DNA of 63,307 bases, the filler included, from Lenisia limosa (Eukaryota; Protista; Breviatea), in assembly GCA_001655205.1 (NCBI GenBank). It is 17 parts of 17 records of this genome, joined end to end, with 100 filler letters (N's around TTAATTAATTAA, not from the genome) between each part and the next. Parts side by side here need not be neighbours in the genome. Positions count along the whole stretch, not along the records: positions 20,539 to 26,971 come from LPNZ01001828.1; positions 27,072 to 28,266 come from LPNZ01001341.1; positions 28,367 to 29,545 come from LPNZ01001874.1; positions 29,646 to 31,083 come from LPNZ01003895.1; positions 31,184 to 40,825 come from LPNZ01000249.1; 12 more parts are not named here. One strand, given 5' to 3'. The position numbers and the translations under genes are program-made. The notes below the pieces were generated by a model. It was not told the DNA's origin. It ran no database searches and saw only the letters and a list, made by a program, of their open reading frames with translations. How positions within the stretch are numbered: the first letter of the stretch is position 1; each line of letters begins with the position of its first letter. Shown piece by piece: positions 26,006-39,400 of the stretch.

Positions 26006-26593
26006 ATTTATGTATGTAACTATACAACGTAAAGCTATACAGTATTGTTTCTTATTATATGCAGATTTTTCCATCAAGGAGTACCAACTTTCCAATCCAA
26101 GTCTCCCATCCCAGCGTAGATATGCTCCATTCGAATCTTCATATACCTGAGAGAAATATAAGAGGGAACATTGAGACTACAACACTGATAGAGAGTATAA
26201 CATTGATTCACCAATTATTTGCTTGACAACTCTGTGCACACAGTTTTCTGCGTGCCTCCGAGTATATTGTTATTGACTTGAAAAGGAAGTTCGTTAATTA
26301 GAACATCAAGTTTTTAAGTAGCTATATTAAAAATAGATTCGTATATAAATATCAGAAAATCAATATTTCACTCATATGAAGCTCTGAAAAACATCCGTCA
26401 AGAAAGTTGAAAACACCTCCCTACTCAATATGCCCTGAAACTAAATCTGCTGCATAGTGCTGTCCTGGAAAAATGATAGAATAACTAAATAAAAATACAA
26501 GAAGAGTAACATAGAATAATGAGAAAATAACTAAATAATATGAAAGAACTGAATGTTCAAGGAAGCTCAATGCCATATCAATAGGTATTATCA

Positions 26594-26680
26594 CGGTCCC
26601 AAAAAGAGACTGAATTTCTCCATAAATCCTCGATAAATATCGATATTTAACGATCTTTTTCGGACCGTAGGGAAGCCCTA
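26594..26680. mobile_element. hAT-like mini-MITE (family 4) copy
   Basis: Reverse-complement match to 42539-42636; ends GGGAAGCCCTA. Related fragments at about 1560-1630, 25552-25617 and 50222-50250. Confidence 0.75.
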
Positions 26681-28439
26681 GGTACAATACATGCAATATG
26701 TTTCATATAATGGGTCCGCACAACGAAGGAAAGTCTCAAAAAGCACAATTTGGACCATTACCTCTGTGGAGAGCCTCCAGTAGCAGATCAAAGTATCGAG
26801 GTGGCTGGAAAGTAAATCGTATGCAATAGCTTCCTCGAAACAAAAAACAAAACTGGCCTACTGTTTGGACCTCAGAAAATGTTTGTTACTGTTCCATTGG
26901 TAAATAAATATGTATAGGTGGAGGCACATGAGTGTGGGCACCCACATGAGTGTGGGCACTTTTTCATTTTTNNNNNNNNNNNNNNNNNNNNNNNNNNNNN
27001 NNNNNNNNNNNNNNNTTAATTAATTAANNNNNNNNNNNNNNNNNNNNNNNNNNNNNNNNNNNNNNNNNNNNTTCATGAGACAAAACAAAGGTGTCTGACC
27101 AATATATGTATAGAACAGTTCTAAACGGTTTAGTAAACAGTTATAAGGATATGATCATTTCACCAATTTTCGATCTTGCAACTTGCTCAACGATCCAGCT
27201 ACTGCACCCGTCAAACATCACGCCGCTTTCACACAGTCGGCATAATTCCTCCGGTAGCCCACAGCCCCAGCCGTCTCTCCAGCGAAATCAGATATACCCC
27301 CAGCTCAGGTTGGAGGGATGGATGTGTATATATATGTACTTGCTGGCTTACTCACGGTTTATTAGAGGTATAATTGCGGCGGTTACAAACTTGAGTGAAT
27401 TCTTCCGGGACTGAAAGGGAGATTTTGGGGGTTCAGAGTGGATTCATCAGTCAATGTCTCGACGTTTTGTTGTTATGCTTTTCGAACAACTAAATTTGGC
27501 TGACCCCTCTAGAACTGACTTCCAAAATGAACGCATGTCAACTACCCACCCATCTTTCACTCCAGTATGATTGAAATTGAGGGTATTTGCTGAATATTCA
27601 GTGCAGAATATAATATTTCTCATTTCTATACATCGTGTGATATACTTCTCTCCTATCGTGTTGATAAGTTGCACTTTGTTCAAATTATGTTTTCAGAAAG
27701 TACAGCAGCAGCTGCAGCAAAACAAATATGTGCGACAGGTATAAGGGCCCTGAGTTAGGGGTGTTGATGATTGTTTATTTTTTTGCAGAGTAGGATAATA
27801 TGGATAGCGGTTTAATTTACAAGGAAGAAGAACGCCCTTTAGTAAACATGAAAAAACAGGCAAATTTACAGAAAACTACTTGTAGATATGAAATCTTGTT
27901 TCGTTAGTGGAAACCACTTGAATCCAGGAATAGCAAGCACGTACCAGATTGGTGCAATTACCGACAGGGTGAATGATACTATACTCAATTTCTCGTGTAA
28001 TTGTGATGTTTTTATTGATCATTCAACATATCAACTCATTATTGCACCGTACAAAACAATCTGGTACTGTTTCTAGAGGAACTCACCATTTCACTGTACA
28101 ATACTCATTTTTTTAGATATAATATTACCGGTATATATACATGTATAATGTATATCGGATATATGACGATAATTTCCTTGAATAACATAGATTTCGCAGT
28201 CCGACACTCCTCAAACAATTCCGCCCCATATTCAGCAGAGAATTCAGATGCACCAGCAAAGTACAANNNNNNNNNNNNNNNNNNNNNNNNNNNNNNNNNN
28301 NNNNNNNNNNTTAATTAATTAANNNNNNNNNNNNNNNNNNNNNNNNNNNNNNNNNNNNNNNNNNNNAATACTTGTACTGCTTTTCTGAATTGTACTGTCT
28401 CATAAAGCGATGGTTTCTCCATAAATATTCCAATACCTG

Positions 28440-28775
28440 ATGGGCAAGATGGGTGTCCGTGCACGTTGCAAGTCCTAGTGTGTTCTTATGCAGTCCGCTG
28501 ACATCCTGGGGGAGGGGAGGTTAGATGGGATTATTACCCTGTCAGTTAAGGATTATCTCAAGGAAGTGTGAGAGAAGTGGGTGGAAGGGGGGAGTAAACG
28601 AAGGAAATGTCGACAAAGAATGGAACCAACATGGTATATAAGGTGCTGCAAATGGAACCCCCCCCCACTTTAGGAGCCCAGGCCACAGCCATTTCCAGGC
28701 CGGTTTCCTCGATTCCTGCGTGCTTTCTCTCCTGAACTGAACCGTGGTCGGGTTTTTTGGGAGGTGGCTGCTGTG
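28440..28775 (-). CDS. Hypothetical protein exons
   Basis: ccccacag|QPPPKKPDHGSVQERKHAGIEETGLEMAVAWAPK|gtgggg..ccccag|DVSGLHKNTLGLATCTDTHLAHQ|gt; phases compatible. Confidence 0.5.
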
Positions 28776-28850
28776 GGGAGTAAATTTGTAAAGTATATGA
28801 AACAAAAAAAAAAAGGGCCCAAAATCAACTCTGTTGGCTGACAACACGTC
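28775..28850 (-). repeat. Repeat family 2 copy (intronic, abuts a predicted acceptor)
   Basis: GTGTTGTCAGCCAACAGAGTTGATTTTGGGCCC(T)nGTTTCATA..TTTACTCCCCACAG on -. Homologues at about 9472, 30020, 46295, 49075, 49881, 50399, 56885 and 57315. Confidence 0.88.
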
Positions 28851-29353
28851 GGATATTTCGAATTTATTAATTGCCCCCCCTCCAAAAAGCTTCCATTCGT
28901 TTAGACCTATTACCCAATAACAAACGGTCAAGTTATCGTATATATGATATGTACATATGATGTATTTAGTATATCAATACACTCTATGATGTATAGCTAA
29001 TATACAAAAAAATATATACTATATTATAATATGCATACACACCTCTTCAAGGGGAGAGTATATTATTCTGACGCTTGCAACTAGTTGCCATAATTGGCAA
29101 TTTGTTTTTTCGAAGCAATTAAGTGCCAAATAATTGAAAATAATTGCGTAAGAAGTTGTCATCTTTTGTAGAAAATCATATTATATATTTTGAAATAAAG
29201 CAAATTATTGAGTGGCTGTTGGAAACTGTAAAAAAATAGACAAGGTATTAACAGTATTCATTTCGCATTTATTTGTCTCAAAAAAAATACTGAAAAATAT
29301 ACTGCCCAGACAAAAATACTGAATTCTCTTTTTCACGCAACTAATTATATTTT

Positions 29354-29545
29354 TCAATTATCATCATCATCATCATCATCACCACCACCACCATCATCAT
29401 CATAATCATCATAATCATCATCATAATCATCATCATCATCATCATCACCCTCAACATCATCACCACCAACCGGAGCTGCGTTATTATGTCCGCTATCGGC
29501 AATGACCGTTAAGCACCGTACGCGGTTAGTGGCTCGAATACTCCG
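29354..29545 (-). CDS. C-terminal exon with Asp-rich tail (possibly after a WD40 repeat)
   Basis: RSIRATNRVRCLTVIADSGHNNAAPVGGDDVEGDDDDDDDYDDDYDDYDDGGGGDDDDDDDN* is open from the scaffold edge to TGA. The R..CL.V motif is only weakly reminiscent of MAK11/PAK1IP1. Confidence 0.55.
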   Translation of the reverse strand, partial: RSIRATNRVRCLTVIADSGHNNAAPVGGDDVEGDDDDDDDYDDDYDDYDDDGGGGDDDDDDDN

Positions 29546-29904
29546 NNNNNNNNNNNNNNNNNNNNNNNNNNNNNNNNNNNNNNNNNNNNTTAATTAATTA
29601 ANNNNNNNNNNNNNNNNNNNNNNNNNNNNNNNNNNNNNNNNNNNNTATTTGAGGAATAATACACAAATATATACTCTGAAACAGAACAAGAGCCAAACCA
29701 CGAAAACAACAAATTTACTGTGGAGGGTAGGAAGGATCAAAAATATTGAGGGCTATTATCACATTAAAGTGTGCAAACCTTGGCAAATTCGAGTTTCGGG
29801 ATAGGGAGGATCTTGTCACTTCCATCGTGGAAGCATGGTGGTTTACTAAGAGGTTAATTTAAACAATAAAGCAACGTAATTATGCTACTGTTTGGTAGTG
29901 AGAG

Positions 29905-30110
29905 GTGAAATAAAAATCGGATATATCGGACCAAAGCAATCCATACTATCACGCTTGATATTGATCCACCCAATAATTTGCCTTACAACTTGTGGACAAC
30001 ACAAGGGAGTAATATGGAAAATTCGATGAAACAACCTCCCTCCCCTCCCTCCCCAGATCAACTCTGCTGACTAAGCATTTGTGAATCACAGGAGGGTTGA
30101 AAATAAAATG
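29905..30110 (-). repeat. Adjacent family 1 (29905-30000) and family 2 (30020-30110) copies
   Basis: CACCCAATAATTTGCCTTACAAC (family 1) next to ATCAACTCTGCTGAC..GAGGGTTGAAAAT (family 2, with a G4-type expansion). Confidence 0.7.
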
Positions 30111-33100
30111 CAGCACCAGATCCCCCAGCGTACACAGGGGTGAGTTGGCCCTCCGTTGACTCGAGAGACACGGCGTCAAGCTCGTCAAACTGACTTTGCA
30201 TTTGCTACAGTGTAAGTTGGCTTTTACAGTAAAGTCTCTTGAAACTACGATCATAGAGATCCGGCGGTTGAACTACACACAAAGAAAACATCCACAGTTG
30301 GCTTTAGTTGTGAAGCGATAAAATTTGCAGATATCTAACCTCTTGCCCCCTCCCCCCTCTCTTTCCTCCCATCCTAAAGAACTTCCTGCCGGATTTCTCC
30401 CCTTACTTGAAGAGAGGACAATTGACTTTCCCTAAAACAGTTATTCAGCCAGAGATAAGAAAGCTCGTTTTGCGGTATACAGCCCAAGAGCATTGGTTAT
30501 AGAGTAATATATCATATACACGTATTTTCTTATTATCAATTTTTTTTTAAAAAAATATAAACAAACGAGAAAAGGGAAAAGTTGTCCACACCCAAAAATA
30601 CTCGGTTTGAAATAATATTCAATATTGCTTCAGTCATAAAGAAGTCAATGAAATGCCAACAAAACAGCCGAACCCACTCATTGGTTAGGTTTTCACTCTC
30701 GGTACTTTTTCGCCCTCGTTTTGAAGGCCTACAAAGTGACCTTCAGAAAAAGCACCAAATGACATATTATGAGATTGAAAGGATTGATTCGACTTCAATT
30801 ATAGTGGGTGGTGGTTAGCAAAAATTAAATTCCTCCTTCAAATTATTTGTGATTCGTGAATATTGTAGAATAAGGAGAGAAGCCATTGAAAGCCCATAAC
30901 TATTGTTTTCTTCTTCATGCCCGCAGACTTTTCAACCACAAGGGACACAGGGATGATTTCCTCCGTGCAATTGGAGGCGGCGTCGGAGGGAGTTTGTTCG
31001 AGGGGTGAGGGGCTGAAATATGGTTATAATTGAAGAGGTAGAAGGGGTGAGGGGAATGTGACTATAAATCAGGAAATGAAGAGNNNNNNNNNNNNNNNNN
31101 NNNNNNNNNNNNNNNNNNNNNNNNNNNTTAATTAATTAANNNNNNNNNNNNNNNNNNNNNNNNNNNNNNNNNNNNNNNNNNNNCTATGTTATTTTTTTCA
31201 AAGAAAGGCGCGGACAGGTTTGATGATTGATCCTGATGATCTTCATATCCGACTCTTCTCCGTTTTGCTCCCGCCCGCCCGCTCTCTCCTGTGACATTGT
31301 ATGTAAATTGTAGTACAGTGTTTTCCCGGGAAGCCCAAGGGATTTACTCCAGTACCTGGCAAAAGTAAGGACCACCCCCCGATCCATTCATCGGATTGCA
31401 ACTACTGCATTGTTATGTTTCATCTTTTTTTGTTTACATTAACAATATATTCTTTTTACTATTGAAATATCGCCACTAATTCTCCACTTCCCCGTTCTTC
31501 CCCATATCCAATCATATTCTCTGTTACATTTGACCATTTGACGGGCTTTTTCTTTCTGCAAATGCACTTTACTATTACTGGCTTTTATATTTATTCATCC
31601 CCTTATCACCTTATTATTCAGAATTACACCCCTCTTCCCGCGGATCGACGCCCTTTCATACTCTGTCAAGTTTCTAGATTGCTACGGTTGGGGGTTTTTC
31701 TCCAAAAGATCTCGTCAATTTGGTAACAAACATATCTAATGATCTTCATGTTCCTGCAGCAAATATCGATAAAATTTGCAAAAAAAAATACTTGAAACTA
31801 TAGCTTTTCTGCCGTTTAGAGACCCAGTACTCTTATTTACGTAGTAGCAAGTGTCGCCGCACTAAAGGCAGGCGACACTAAAGGCAGGCGAGAATGTATA
31901 CCGCAAAACTCAAGCATGAATTCCTTGTGGATTCTGACGGTTCGTTAATTTGGTGTATCATGTAACAATGAAAGTTTATAAGGCAGCATCATATGTTTCA
32001 GATTTCAATTTGGAGTATTCTGTGGCCCTGCTTTCAATGCGGACCAAGAATGCAACAGTGAGTGTGGAATTTGTGATGTTTATTAAATTGTAATGAGTAC
32101 AATAAGCCAATAAGATGATATATATACCTTTAGCCAAAATAGGTATCTACTGTGTAAGTGGATCTTAAGCTTCCCTATGGAAAGGTAGGATTAGAGGCAA
32201 GCATCATCACATAGCTTGTGTGGACTGCTTTCACATATGTCTTCCTATCTCATGACTTGATTCCGCAATCGGACACTGCAGTCCCATTTGATCATTTTAG
32301 ATATCCTTTCTTGTTATGTCGTTGATCATCTTCCTGTGTTTTATCGTCATTCCCCTACTTGCCTGGTCAAACCTCCCCCAACAAGATCATTTGCTAAAGT
32401 TGGGGGGTGGGGGCTAATCGATTAAATAATGCCAACTCTTCAAATGGTAACATACATATTTTTTCATTGCTAAAATCGCAGGGATCTATGGGATGTTTTC
32501 TACGAAGACGCAAACGGTTACGCAGTACTAACTCTTGCCCTGCTGGTTGCTTTGGTGGGTATAGAATAAAAAATGACTTTTTGTACTCTATCATACTATG
32601 TTGTATTATTAGCTATTTCCGATAGGAGGAAGCTTAATATATGGGTGTTACTAAAATCAAAGAGAATATCACTTTGGTGGTCCCCAAACAGTTGTCAATC
32701 AGGTGTTTCCTCAAGTACCCATTTTACTCTATAGATCGGCCTCAAAACGGCGGAATTATCATCTTTAACATTGAGCCGCAACTATGTAGGCTTTAGGTTG
32801 TGATAGGTATCAAAATTAAAGATAAGCATACTATATACAGTTTCCTTCAACTGGTATTTATCCTCGTCAAATTGACAAATTAATTGTCCAGGCTCTTCTT
32901 GTTTCAGGAAACATGACTGCATCACAAACCATCCTTCCGAGGTCTAACGTCTTTACCTTAGTTATGTGCCAAGTTGTCAGATCATCCTTGATTGTAAGTG
33001 GCCTTGGCATGTTTGCCTTGCTTTCTTGTTTATAGTCTGACTATTTAATTTCTGTCAATACTCAGGAATATACAAGTGTGAGTTTTGAAGAAGTCTTAAT

Positions 33101-33429
33101 ATTGAACAATGATAAGAATCATAAATAAGGCAATATGAACTTGAGTAACGGTGGCTAGCTTTTCAAAGCTGCAACCCATCTTACATACAATAATCCTTAA
33201 TGTCTTTGGCAAAACACATATTTTTCTTATTAGGATAATTTGCTATTGGATTTGAGTTACCAGTGTAGTTGACATTTATTATGATGTCATCTACAATTGG
33301 ACCAGAGACCCGGTATTCAACTTCTCTCTTCGTGATCGAAACGATATTTTCTAGTGGGTTGGTAGCAAATGGATAGGTTACATCCTTTTTAAAGCTGACT
33401 GAAGGAGGCTATTTTTATTTATATTTAGT

Positions 33430-36400
33430 GATGGTTTCGTGCGGTCCTTTCATTTTCTCGGCGCTTTTCACATCCTTGCTTTGGATTATGTTTTTGGCAG
33501 TCAAAGTAAGCAAGGCTAATTGGTTACGATGTATCCCTTTTTTCAATGCTTATCTGTGGTTTTTTGAAGTGAAATTTCTGTTTCATTTGAAAAACATGGT
33601 TGATAAAAATTGACAGGTTTAATTTCGAGTACCCATCATTTTTGATCGTATTATATACGTTTTTATCCCAATAAAGGCCTTGACTGTACAGATTTCTGAA
33701 GGAGCCCCAGTTGCTACCCCCATTATCGTCTTTTTGGCTCTTGCCACGGCCGGCTGCCTGATGGAAATTGTTACGAACTCCACAATGTATAAACTTGTCT
33801 GCAGTCGCGTGCTTATCACTAGTGAAATGAATCGAATGGGTATGTGGTTTTGAATGGCGTTGTATACTGCCCAAGTTGAACCGTGTATTAATTATACATT
33901 ACTGTATGACCTCAGTATTAATTTTCTGCCCATTTTTAATTGTTTTCACTCCCCGTAGATGAAATTTCCTCGGCAATGATGCCTCGATACGCAACCGAAC
34001 TTCTGCAACAAGGGGCACCGTTGTCAGCGGTTACAACAAACCTTCCTTCGATTACTGTCTTATTTGCAAATGTGAGTTAAGCGTTTATACCACTCATTAT
34101 CTGATATATTGATATATACATATAGTATACCATGTATATATATTATATTATAATATATCATATGATATGTACTTATTATGTACGTATATGTATATCGATA
34201 TAGAAATCTTAAACTGTGCACTTAGGTCATATTTCTTCATTTTTTAAAAAATTTGTGTTCCGTATGATATCAACACACAGGGGGCAGGGCTTAATAGAAT
34301 GACATGGTATACTTTTCATTAGTTTGACTCTAAAGATGAAGCTCTCAGATGAGTTGGCAAGTTTCTCTAATTTGAACGGAGTAAGTGGTCTTCATGGTAA
34401 AGGTACCATTCCTTTTATTATGATTTGTGCTATGCTATTGGTAATTTAACAAAGTTTCTCTTGGTGTATAATATTACTATACCTTAAGTTTGACGACTTT
34501 AACAGCCAGATGTACCTTTTAACCTTTTGTTTCAGCTGATTGCGTGTCTCTCGTGGTTTGCACAAGCTACTGATACACTGTGTAAACAGCACTCATGGTG
34601 AGATGGAGGGTTGGGTATATGTATGGAGATGAATGCGCTTGTTATTTGTCGTCATCATATCTTCACATTATTTGTAACAACTCACAAATTCACATTCACT
34701 GTTTATTTATAATACATAATACCATGCTGATCTTAGTCACTCTTTAGTTACAAACTTGAGCAAGTGGAGGAAACCATTTTAATTGTCGGAGGCCTTCCCG
34801 GCGACTCAATACAAATACCAAATCCCTCCCAACAAGTGAGAGGAATTTCTGTTTCGCTATACACACTGGAGAATGAGCAGATTATTTGATGTTGATGCAG
34901 GCCTCCAGACAATTTCATCAGTATAGATGTTCTTCAAATAAAGAGAATAGTATACAGACTATACTACCATAAGAATTGACCGCCTTAGCCAGTTACAGTC
35001 GGAGGGCCTTCAGGTTGTGTTGCTATTATTCAAATAGGTGAGCTTAGCGTTACTGGTGTTCATTTAAGAACTACATGCATATAGTATATTATACAAACTT
35101 ATGATATTTTGTACACTGATGAATAATTTTCCTTTGCGTTTTAAGTGCTGCAAGTATTGTTATTGTATCCCTAAAAACCTTAGGTATTGAGTTAATTGAG
35201 GAGTCGTCGTCGTACCCCCATGTGACATTGAATCTAGGAGCCCACTCAGGGCCTGTTGTTGCAGGAGTATTGGGTACGCGGCAAATATTATGTCTTTACT
35301 TTTTAGTGAGGGGAGTTTTTTCATGGATTTACATTCAGGTTCAACAACGCTCCACTGGTGTATGGTGGGGACCACTTTAAATACGGCAGCTAGGGTCGCA
35401 GCCAAAGCTTCCCAAAACCAGCTGCTAATTAGTTCAACTACACATAGTCTTGTTGCTTCTGCAATGGTGGGTATTATTGTCTTGATAAATATTATGAATC
35501 GTTTCTATATCAATATGTTGTTACCTTAAACTCTGATGTTTGAGTTGTACGTTTATTGGCTAATGCTGAAATTAATGATGAACACCGCAAATCTTTTGAA
35601 TCTTTCTGTGTAGCTCTCACAGTCACCTGGAGACGACCGCTCTGATCTCTCTAACTCTTTCTCACATTCCCCCTTCCTGGTTTGTACCAAGTTAATCATA
35701 TTTCCAAATATTATTTTCTTCTTCAACAAACCCTCATCTTTCAGAACAAGTCCTATGCGACTACGATTCCATCCCCCCATCTAGCTGCCAACACCCCTCC
35801 CAACCTTCAGACCCCTTCGCCTCTGTATACCTCAGACGGTTTGAATAATGTGATCATGTTGCCCTATGATTTCAAATGCTGTCAAAAGGTGATAATGGCG
35901 GACGATTTATCATAATAATTGAGATGGGAAATAGGACATCTGCTAAGATATTCTTCCCAACTATTCACAATAGAGACGACAGTCTCTGCTTTCTTTGTTA
36001 TCTCTTCTACTGCGTAATAATGATTTTGAGTCTCCTCAACTAATTATATTTCTGTTTTCACTAATCCAAGAGTACCCGAATGACCACTGTGACCGAAAGG
36101 ATTTCTCATCACCGATGTTCCAGACATCTCCAAGGTAACTATTAATCCTAGAATTCTTTGTATTTGGACGCTGTTCCTATTTGATTTTATAGGGATACAG
36201 GACGTAGACAATGTTGATTAATATCATTATTTCTCAATTTGTGAAATCAATTGTATTCTGATAATGTTATCACACTTGTATCTGCCAAGGTTACCTGTTT
36301 TTTGAGGCATTTTAGGAACAAAGAGCCCCCTACAACTGCTGAAGGCTTCAACACTGTCATACTGGTTGGGAGGGGGGGTAACTGTCAAATTATCAAAAGA

Positions 36401-39400
36401 GAAAAGAGAGAACCGAAGGTCATTTTGTGTTTTTATTGTCCAAACTTGCACATTCTATACATTCGATTTGAACCCGAAATAAAAGGCCTCACCTTACCAG
36501 CCGGCCGAATCCCAAAAGTCACTCCACCCGCCTCGCTCATCATCAAACACCAGCCTGCTGAGTGTCGGAAGTGGCCAGCATCTTCCAAAGTCGATTTCTG
36601 GCTCAGTGGCCCACGTTATCCGTTCAGATGGTCTGTCTTAATATTGTTATCAGTTGTTATTGTTATTACTCTTTAATATCATATTAAAAGAGTGATATCA
36701 CGGATATCGGTAATCACTACAGCCTCTGACGCCTACATTCCTCAGATGTCGAGTACACATCTTCCGCAGCTTGTGAGATCCCCTTCTGTGGTAGGGCTGC
36801 TATCCCTATCATTATCTCAAGAAATTATCCCTGATAAGACGATTTTAGGAGGCTAATAGTTATTAGTATTTTTGTGCTACATGCCTTTCACGATTGAGAA
36901 TTCAATGAGGTTTTAGTCAAATATTGGTGCTTTCATCGGTGTGCCCAGATAAAATTTTATTTTTTGAATCAATAGACCCCAAGAGCCACCCCCATGCCCC
37001 CAATTCGATCGTCATCAATTCGCCGCGTATTGAGCAGTGGAATGTCTTTCACCGCTGGCAAGCTGCATACTTCAAGAGCGGCTGAGGAGCATCCCTGGAC
37101 CTGTGTCAGTGAAGGCTCAATAGCCGCCAAAGGGCTTGGAATGGTGAGTGGATGACAATCTTGGTATTGTTCGTGGAGCATAATTGTACTTAATCCCAAA
37201 GGTTGTCGCGTTTTTATTACTATTCTTTGTCATGGATGTAGCTGGCCGTGTGGAGTGTTCGGCCTGTTGTCTCAACAGTCACTATCACAAATGAAACGCT
37301 GGTGACAGATACTGAAATCTACTTTGAAAAAGACGCCAATTTAGAGGACGATACAAGCCCCGCTATAGCTGCGACTATTCTTGAGGAGAGTGAAGAAGAA
37401 GATGATTCTGTCATTGAAGATGGTCGCTCCGGAGTTGTCTTCCCAAGTTGGTCAGATGCGTCATTACCTGTCTTTGGATCATCCAATCTGGTTTCAAAAA
37501 TGCCTTGTCAATTTGAGGGGGATTTTTTGAGTGCGCGAAGTGTAGTGTCAGGTCGATCAATGACTATCGACACTACCAACTCCAAAATGAAGCGGCTCAA
37601 GTTTGTGCCTCGCGCAGCACAGACGATTAATGATTTAACTAACGTTCGAATTGCACCCTTCCTTTTGAAGTTTGTCCCAATAACCCTGAAAGAACACGAC
37701 ATTGGTGACATTTATGGCTCCGATGCATTTGTAAGAGGCGAGAAAGGTGGTGTACTCATTGAGTTATAAACATCTATTTATATGAATGTAAAAGTGTGCA
37801 CTATATTTGGAGTGGATAGTGTTCGTCCATAGCTTTTATACTATAATGCATATCTATATTATTTGAATAAAAACAACATATAATTAGTACCGCTTTCTAA
37901 ATGTGGGTTTTTTAACAATTACCCGCCTTCTGCTCTTATCGACCCATCTTTTGTCAATGGAAGTGAACCTAAGTATCTAATTTTACCAGAGCTGCGGAAC
38001 TGAAAGAAGTAATATGTCTGTTCAGTCTACTCAATCTCAACGTAGGACTTCAACGCAACTCAGACCAATGGTAGGGCCAGAGCTTCTGTAAAAACCAAGC
38101 AATATTTAACATCAATGCTTGGTTCCTCTTTTGTTAATTATTTTCGTGATTTTGGGTCTTTTGGTCAACAGGCCTCAAAATTTTAACTCTCATTGGCATT
38201 TAGGTTGCTTTAGACCCGAAACTCTCTGTCATATTATCCATTGATAAATAGTGATATCGTGTGATCACCCTTCAGTCATCAGCATCCTCAAGACGAGTCC
38301 CTGCATCTCTTTTCAAAGCCAACAAACCTACAACAACAAGTGAGCTCCAATTCCATTGTAGATGGAAGAATAAATTGAATAGTTAAATAATCTTTAACTT
38401 TCAAACAAAAGTTCAAAAAAGACATCAGTAATATTAGTAACTTCTGAAGGGATTCTAAACAGGCTCAACCCTTAGTTACCTCATCTCGTAGGTAATCGGC
38501 ACAAACGTTCTGAATCTTGGCTCTCTGCATCCACATTCGATAAAGAATTTGTTTTCAACTTCCGAACAAGCTCATTGGTATGTACAGCATCTGCTCGTTT
38601 TTTTGAACATTTTGATAAGTTTCATGATCTGATTCGAATGGACTATTCTGTTTCCAATGAACAATATGCCTAACATTTGCCTAGATTGTGGACCGGCTTG
38701 TCTACCTCATATGTGTCGTTATGATGGTCGTGGTTTTTGCGTTTTCCAATGAAAACAATCATTCATCTGTAAGCTGAAATATACACCATTATATTTCGAT
38801 TGGCTCGTAGTTTTACCTCAACTAAATATATTTAACAAATACACAAAACTGAGAATTTAACTATTTTACTACCATCTGACCGTATTGAACGGATGGAAGA
38901 TCATCTTTTGTGCCTTAGCTTGACTACCATAAGATTTGAAGCTATTAGTCATCAATATCATTTGAATATCGTATTTAATCTCCTATGGTCTATACCCTGC
39001 TAATTATTTCCAATCAAAAGCCATCACCAAGTCAGTTTACTTGACAATTGGTAGTCATGTCCACAGGTCCAACTTGCTAGCATTGCTTTCTGTCTGGTCT
39101 TTGGCGCAATCTACACTGTACTGACTTTTTTTGATCCTCACTCAACGTTGGTTTTAATAGTTGCATCCTGGGTCTTAAAATATGAATCAGCTTTTATACC
39201 AAACCCAAACACTGATACTTACATATCTACTCTCATTTTGCAGTAACTTGGTCAGTGCAATTAATTAAACAGTGTACATATTTTGGTAACCATATTTCGC
39301 ATCTCATATCAATTTAGCTTTGCGAAAGTTATCCAGGCGCTCTTTTGGCTCTGCCTCACGTTACGAACAATCCCATCAAGCAATCTAACTTCTGGTGAAG

